Shown here: positions 59,282 through 64,000 of the stretch, in pieces | Numbering within the stretch: the first letter of the stretch is position 1 | How the letters are laid out: each line of letters starts with the position of its first letter | Assembly: GCA_044376115.1 (NCBI GenBank) | Contig: JBILLK010000012.1 | Span: 96,001-160,000 of the forward strand | Direction of reading: 5' to 3' | Length of the DNA: 64,000 bases | From: Polyangiaceae bacterium | GTDB taxonomy: Bacteria > Myxococcota_A > Polyangia > Polyangiales > Polyangiaceae | Position numbers and translations under genes: made by a program | Notes under the pieces: model-generated | Told to the model about the DNA's origin: nothing | Databases searched by the model: none | What the model saw: only the letters and a program-made list of their open reading frames with translations

Positions 59282-61299
59282 GAGTCATCCTCCACAGAGC
59301 GGTCCAGGTCGATGATCTTTGCCTCTCCCACGTAGGCCTTGGTCTCGTACTTGGTTATCTTGCCGACCTTGCGCACAATCTCTGCCATTCGTTGCGCCTC
59401 GCGGACCAACGCCTCTGTCTCACGAAGATGTGGCTGAGCTGCCTGGGCTCTTCGGCTGATGATCTCCGCATACCCAAGCACGCTGGTAAGCGGCTGATTG
59501 AGTTCGTGCGCAGCAGCGCCAGCGAGCTCCGCGATCAGCGACTCTTTCTCTCGGTTTCGGAGTTCCTCCTGAGCTGCATCAAGCTTCGCTTGCATACGGC
59601 GCCGCTCGCGCAGGTCCGTAAGAACACCAACGGAGCCAACGACTACGCCCTGATGGATGATCAGCGCGGCCGATATCAACACGGGAATTCTCTCGCCCTG
59701 CTTGCCGCGAACCTCTGTCTCAAATCCCTCTAGTCGCCCGTAGCCACCACGCTCCTGACTCCGCATCAGGCTCATGATTTCGCGGGCAAGCGATCCCTCA
59801 TACAGCTCTCGAACGTTGAGCTTGCCTACAACTTCATTTGACGCATACCCAAAGACACGCTCGGCGGCTCGATTGAACAGCAGCAAGTTACCAGCGATGT
59901 CCGCAGAAATGATGGCGTCAACCGAGCTATCGATCACTCGCTCGAGGAACTCCTTGGTATTGGTGAGTTCTCGTTCGGTTGAGCGCTCCTGGGTTACATC
60001 GCGACAGCTGAGCAGGATCGCCCGCTCGTCGTCTTTCTGCTCGCTCATCATTGCGACCAGGCTCACCGAGATCGTCCGCACTTGCCCGCGGGCCTGCACC
60101 TCGAAGTCCGTCGCCCGGGAGAGGCGCGACGACGGGCCTGCATCGGTCACCAATTCGCCGATCAGTAGCGTCAACTTCCGACGACCTTCCTCGGTGAGCC
60201 AGTCGAAGAAGGAGGCGTTGGCAAAGTCATGGAGCCGATCTCCCAACATTTCACGGGCTCGGGGATTCGAGAACAGCACGTTCGCCAGTTCATCGACCAC
60301 GAGGATGCCGTCAGCAGAAGCATGGAAAAAGTCTGCGTAAGGCTCAAGCGCGCGGATGCGCCGCTCTGCCTCGAAACGCAAGTAGGTGCTTTCCCGAGTC
60401 TGGTCTCTCAGGCTCTGCATGATGCGTGCGTTACGAAGCGCAATAGCGGTCGCGCTCGCTACAGTCCGGACCAAGGACAACTCTTCGAGCTTGGGGCCTC
60501 GACTGCTCTGACTCCTAAGGAAGAGGACGCCGAGCGGTCGCTCCTCGTACACGATTGGAATACAAACCGCCGACTTGAACGCCTCCTTCGGAATGGTCGT
60601 CCGCACGACGTCGAGCATCGGATCGGTGGCGGCGTCGTCGATGATCAGCGGCGCACCGGTCTCAAGGACCTTTCGAATCTCGGGGTATTTGTCCAAGTCG
60701 ATTGGCAGATCGCGCAACTCACGATCATCTGACGCTGCGACCACGTAGCCCACGCGCCCTTCATCTCGGACGAGCACGATGCTGCAGCGTTCAACCTTCA
60801 CCACGTCGGCGATGCGACGAACCACGGTGTACAGAATTTCGCGAAAATCGAGGGTTGAAGACAACGTTTGCGTGAGTTCAAGCACCACCCGAGCATCGCG
60901 CTCACGACGCGCCAACATATCGACGTACTCGCGCAGCCGAAGCAAGCTCCGGATACGCGCGATCAGCTCGGCGCTCTTGAAGGGCTTGCGAAGAAAGTCG
61001 TCAGCCCCCATCTCGAAGGCCCGCGTTACCTCTTCGTCGCGATCTGCCGCGGTAAGGACGATGACTGGAAGCTCGTGAGTCTGCTCCGATGATCGAATCG
61101 CTCGAAGCACGGAGTAGCCATCGGGGGGTGGCATCATCAGGTCCAACAGCGCGAGTTTCGCCTCATGCTGCCGCAGCCATGCCATCGCTTCATGACCAGA
61201 GGTCACGGCGACGCAGGGCAACCCCGCGCGTTCCAACGCCTGCGCAATAACCCGACGAGAGACGGCGTCATCATCAAGGATAAGAATTGGGGCTGACAC
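59278..61299 (-). CDS. Receiver-GAF-PAS-PAS-HisKA signalling protein without an HATPase domain
   Basis: LDDD, LDLMMP, FLRKP receiver; GAF; two PAS; AAAHELNQPL, ending about 65 aa later with no N/G boxes. GTG start at 61299. Confidence 0.88.
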   Translation of the reverse strand: MSAPILILDDDAVSRRVIAQALERAGLPCVAVTSGHEAMAWLRQHEAKLALLDLMMPPPDGYSVLRAIRSSEQTHELPVIVLTAADRDEEVTRAFEMGADDFLRKPFKSAELIARIRSLLRLREYVDMLARRERDARVVLELTQTLSSTLDFREILYTVVRRIADVVKVERCSIVLVRDEGRVGYVVAASDDRELRDLPIDLDKYPEIRKVLETGAPLIIDDAATDPMLDVVRTTIPKEAFKSAVCIPIVYEERPLGVLFLRSQSSRGPKLEELSLVRTVASATAIALRNARIMQSLRDQTRESTYLRFEAERRIRALEPYADFFHASADGILVVDELANVLFSNPRAREMLGDRLHDFANASFFDWLTEEGRRKLTLLIGELVTDAGPSSRLSRATDFEVQARGQVRTISVSLVAMMSEQKDDERAILLSCRDVTQERSTERELTNTKEFLERVIDSSVDAIISADIAGNLLLFNRAAERVFGYASNEVVGKLNVRELYEGSLAREIMSLMRSQERGGYGRLEGFETEVRGKQGERIPVLISAALIIHQGVVVGSVGVLTDLRERRRMQAKLDAAQEELRNREKESLIAELAGAAAHELNQPLTSVLGYAEIISRRAQAAQPHLRETEALVREAQRMAEIVRKVGKITKYETKAYVGEAKIIDLDRSVEDDS

Positions 61300-61453
61300 G
61301 CGAGCAGTAGGGTAGCGAAACCGCACTCCCTTTGTGAAATTCACCGCTGTGTATGGCGCGATGGTCTCCTCATCAAGCCCTCTCGATTTGCGAGCTCACG
61401 ACAAACGAGCATACCGAGACCAGCCCGCGTAAGATGCTCGCAATGGTTTCTTC

Positions 61454-62044
61454 GTGAGACAGCCGCGCGTTCTTGTCACCGGGTTCGGTCCTTTTCTCGA
61501 CAACGCCGTAAATCCTTCCGAAAGCCTTGCCCGCGAACTCGATGGGCAAAATCTTGAGGGGACAACGTTCATTGCGCTCGCACCGCTCCCGGTCGCCTAC
61601 GCGACAGCCGCTGACATCGTGGCTGCCCGCGCAGCAACGCTCGACGTCGGCGCCATCCTGCTGCTGGGACTAGCCTCGACGAGTCCGCAGATTCGCGTGG
61701 AAACCACCGGCCGGAACGTGTCGACCTGCGCGCATCCCGACGCCCGAGGGGTCAAGAAGCTGGGGGAAGTCACGATCCCCGGAGAGCCTGCGCAGCTCTC
61801 GACCCGGCTCGACGCCAAGCGAGTCGTGGCAACGCTCTTGCAAAACGGAGTCGACGCAAGGGTCAGTGATGATGCTGGCGGCTACGTGTGCAACGACGTT
61901 TACTTCCGTACCCTGAGCGGAGAACGAATGAGCGGAGAACGGCCCTGCTTGTTTGTTCACGTTCCCCCGGGCGCGGAGCAACAGCCCGGTCTAGCGCTGA
62001 TGCTTGGCCGCGCGTTTCTTTCGGGTTTCACTTCGCGAACCTGA
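61454..62044 (+). CDS. pcp: Pyroglutamyl-peptidase I
   Basis: VLVTGFGPF...NPS, RVE, SDDAGGYVCN, FVHVP. Confidence 0.92.
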   Translation: MRQPRVLVTGFGPFLDNAVNPSESLARELDGQNLEGTTFIALAPLPVAYATAADIVAARAATLDVGAILLLGLASTSPQIRVETTGRNVSTCAHPDARGVKKLGEVTIPGEPAQLSTRLDAKRVVATLLQNGVDARVSDDAGGYVCNDVYFRTLSGERMSGERPCLFVHVPPGAEQQPGLALMLGRAFLSGFTSRT

Positions 62045-62052
62045 GCCCAGGA

Positions 62053-62835
62053 TCACGCGAGCAGTCGAAGCACGCTGACGTGTAGCTGGCTCTCAATCAT
62101 ACGCATCACGCTCTCAAGCTCATCACGGGAGAGCCGCAAACCAGCCATCAAACGCCGACGCGTCTCCATCAGCAGCGTGGCCTTCGCGCTTTGCACTCGT
62201 CGTGCTGCGGTCGCTCGATGAACCCCGTGAGCGACGGCTAGCGCGTCTACCGAGAGCTGCTCCACGAGATGTTGGCGCAAGAGATTTCGGTCTTCAGCCG
62301 ACAAGCTCGCAAGCGCGGTGGTAAACGCGGTCGCGAAGGTGCTCCGATACTGGCGCTTCAGGTAGTCAAGCTCAGGGTCAACCCCATCGGCAAACAGTAC
62401 CTCAGCGGCGCCCTCATCGAAGTGCGCCGCCTCGTTTCCCGAGCGCTTGCGACCAGCATCAACAAGCAACCTCGTCGCCACTACGCGCAGCCAGCTCAGT
62501 AGCTCGCCGCGACCTGAATACTCCTGAATCTTGGGAGGGCGACCGACCTCGCCGACCAGGAGCCGCTGCCAGAGGAGTTGCTTGATATCATCGGCGTCAA
62601 ACTTCGAATCGCGTTGGCGCGCGATGAGCTTCTCGAGACTTGGGGTGATCAACTTGTCCAACGCACGCAGCGCATTGGTCTCACCAGCTGCGCAGGCGAG
62701 AGCAAGCCACAGGTCCTCAGCTTGAACCTCGGCTGTACCAGCACGAGCACAGGCGGCACGAAAGGTGGCCTCCTCAACCGCGAGGTTGGGCCACGCACGA
62801 TGGGCACGCTCGAGCAGAACTTCGATCTCGGACAT
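62053..62835 (-). CDS. Myxobacterial ECF-sigma-like regulator
   Basis: EDLWLALACAAG, sigma2-like YSGRGELLSWLRVVATR, DPELDYLK, sigma4-like HTH LSVDALA...VHRATAAR. Confidence 0.78.
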   Translation of the reverse strand: MSEIEVLLERAHRAWPNLAVEEATFRAACARAGTAEVQAEDLWLALACAAGETNALRALDKLITPSLEKLIARQRDSKFDADDIKQLLWQRLLVGEVGRPPKIQEYSGRGELLSWLRVVATRLLVDAGRKRSGNEAAHFDEGAAEVLFADGVDPELDYLKRQYRSTFATAFTTALASLSAEDRNLLRQHLVEQLSVDALAVAHGVHRATAARRVQSAKATLLMETRRRLMAGLRLSRDELESVMRMIESQLHVSVLRLLA

Positions 62836-62902
62836 TCGATAGCGACCGTACTTGAGAGTTCGATGTTATCAGCAACCGAAGGGATCCGAGTAGGATGCGC
62901 CG

Positions 62903-64000
62903 GTGCCTTGCCCGACCGACAGCGTCGCCTTGCGATTTGTTGAGGGACAGCTGAAGGCCGAGGACCGCGCAGCTCTCGAAAACCATCTGGACCAGTGCGC
63001 GAGATGCTTCGCCGCGATCACAGAGTTAGCCCGTGTCTTCGGAAGCGAGCTTGAGCGAGTCTCACCCTATGCAGCCACCGCGCTAGCCGACTCGGGTGGC
63101 CAGCAGCGCTATCAGCTCACGCACAGTGCACGGGTCCAGCTAGCCAACGGCTGCAGTTTCGGGCGCTACCTCGTGCGCAACCCGCTCGGCGCTGGTGGTA
63201 TGGGAACAGTCTACGCTGCGTTCGATCAGGTCCTTCACCGGCAAGTCGCGCTCAAGGTACTGCATAGCGATGCAGTCGATTGGGCCGGTGCCAACGCTGA
63301 GCAGTTCGTCTTGGCTGAGGCGCGAGCTGTATCAGCCCTCTCCCACCCTAATGTTGTTGCCATCTACGACGTTGGAGCGCTACCCGACCCGCCCTGCCTC
63401 TACCTGACGATGGAACTCATCGAGGGCTCAAACTTCGGTACGTGGCGAAAGGCTGAGCCGAGGTCGCAGGAAGCGATCTTGGAGGCGCTACTTCAAGCGG
63501 GGCAAGGGCTCGAGGCGATTCATGAGCGAGGCTTGGTGCATCGCGACATCAAGCCGGACAATATACTCGTTGGCTTGGACGGCAGAGTCCGCATTGCGGA
63601 CTTTGGCCTGGCACACTTCGGGCCAGTAAGCTCTGGAGCTCTCGCTGGCACGCCCGCGTACATGAGTCCCGAACAGCTGCTTACCCAACCGCTCGACTCG
63701 CGCAGCGACCAGTTCTCGCTTGCCGTCGTGGCATGCGAGGCGCTCAGCGGGGCGCGACCGTTTACTGGCATGACTCTCGATCAACTCCGAACGGCGATGA
63801 CCACTAAACCCAAGCTAGATGGCATCTCTACCGAACTTGCCACCGTATTCGCGCGTGCCCTCGACCCTACGCCGTCCGCCAGATATCCGTCAATGGCGGC
63901 CTTTCTCATGGCGCTGCGTAGCACACTAGAGTCCAAGAGCAGTACACACCTACGGGTCAACACCGCATTGACGATCGCGATGACAGCCATGCACCTCGCG
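62903..64000 (+). CDS. Ser/Thr kinase with an N-terminal zf-HC2 (anti-sigma-type) zinc finger, 3' truncated by the window
   Basis: Not in the ORF track. From GTG 62903 it reads VPCPTD...ENHLDQCARC, then GRY...LGAGGMGTV, VALKVL, HRDIKPDN, DFGLA, GTPAYMSPEQ; open to the window end. Confidence 0.9.
   Translation, partial: MPCPTDSVALRFVEGQLKAEDRAALENHLDQCARCFAAITELARVFGSELERVSPYAATALADSGGQQRYQLTHSARVQLANGCSFGRYLVRNPLGAGGMGTVYAAFDQVLHRQVALKVLHSDAVDWAGANAEQFVLAEARAVSALSHPNVVAIYDVGALPDPPCLYLTMELIEGSNFGTWRKAEPRSQEAILEALLQAGQGLEAIHERGLVHRDIKPDNILVGLDGRVRIADFGLAHFGPVSSGALAGTPAYMSPEQLLTQPLDSRSDQFSLAVVACEALSGARPFTGMTLDQLRTAMTTKPKLDGISTELATVFARALDPTPSARYPSMAAFLMALRSTLESKSSTHLRVNTALTIAMTAMHLA

Noticed and set aside
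61915..61941. Short duplication SGERMSGER in pcp
   Set aside because: In-frame 15-bp-period slippage duplication in a loop; no wider significance evident.

Overview
GC-rich bacterial chromosomal segment. It is almost certainly from Myxococcota (Polyangiales/Sorangiineae-like), given the MYXO-CTERM protein, three Hanks-type Ser/Thr kinases, Cys-rich lipoproteins and a delta-type T2SS. Left to right: recR (partial)-ybaB divergent from dnaX; surface-protein genes; a Ser/Thr kinase; a Fur-boxed divergent iron-uptake locus (FecA-like TonB receptor opposite imelysin, di-haem DHOR, Tat imelysin and a vitamin-K-dependent carboxylase-like HTTM protein); an MFS transporter and a sensor kinase; a coupled ferredoxin/unknown/orphan N6-adenine MTase/isochorismatase operon; fRMsr, an NtrC-type regulator, metH with a SahR/SamR regulator and its operator; an acyl-CoA dehydrogenase; an FGE-sulfatase-domain lipoprotein and an orphan CxxxY-type ccmE; a gspD-N T2SS operon with a sigma-54 promoter and no gspC; rsmE, prmA, efp; a split two-component pair; pcp; and an ECF-like sigma factor divergent from a zinc-finger Ser/Thr kinase. 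I saw no rRNA, tRNA, CRISPR array or transposase. The best candidate for an undescribed system is the gamma-carboxylase-like gene translationally coupled to the imelysin iron operon. A 26-bp intergenic repeat with a structured element, bracketing the inverted dnaX, is the next best. All calls rest on motif recognition by eye; no searches were run.
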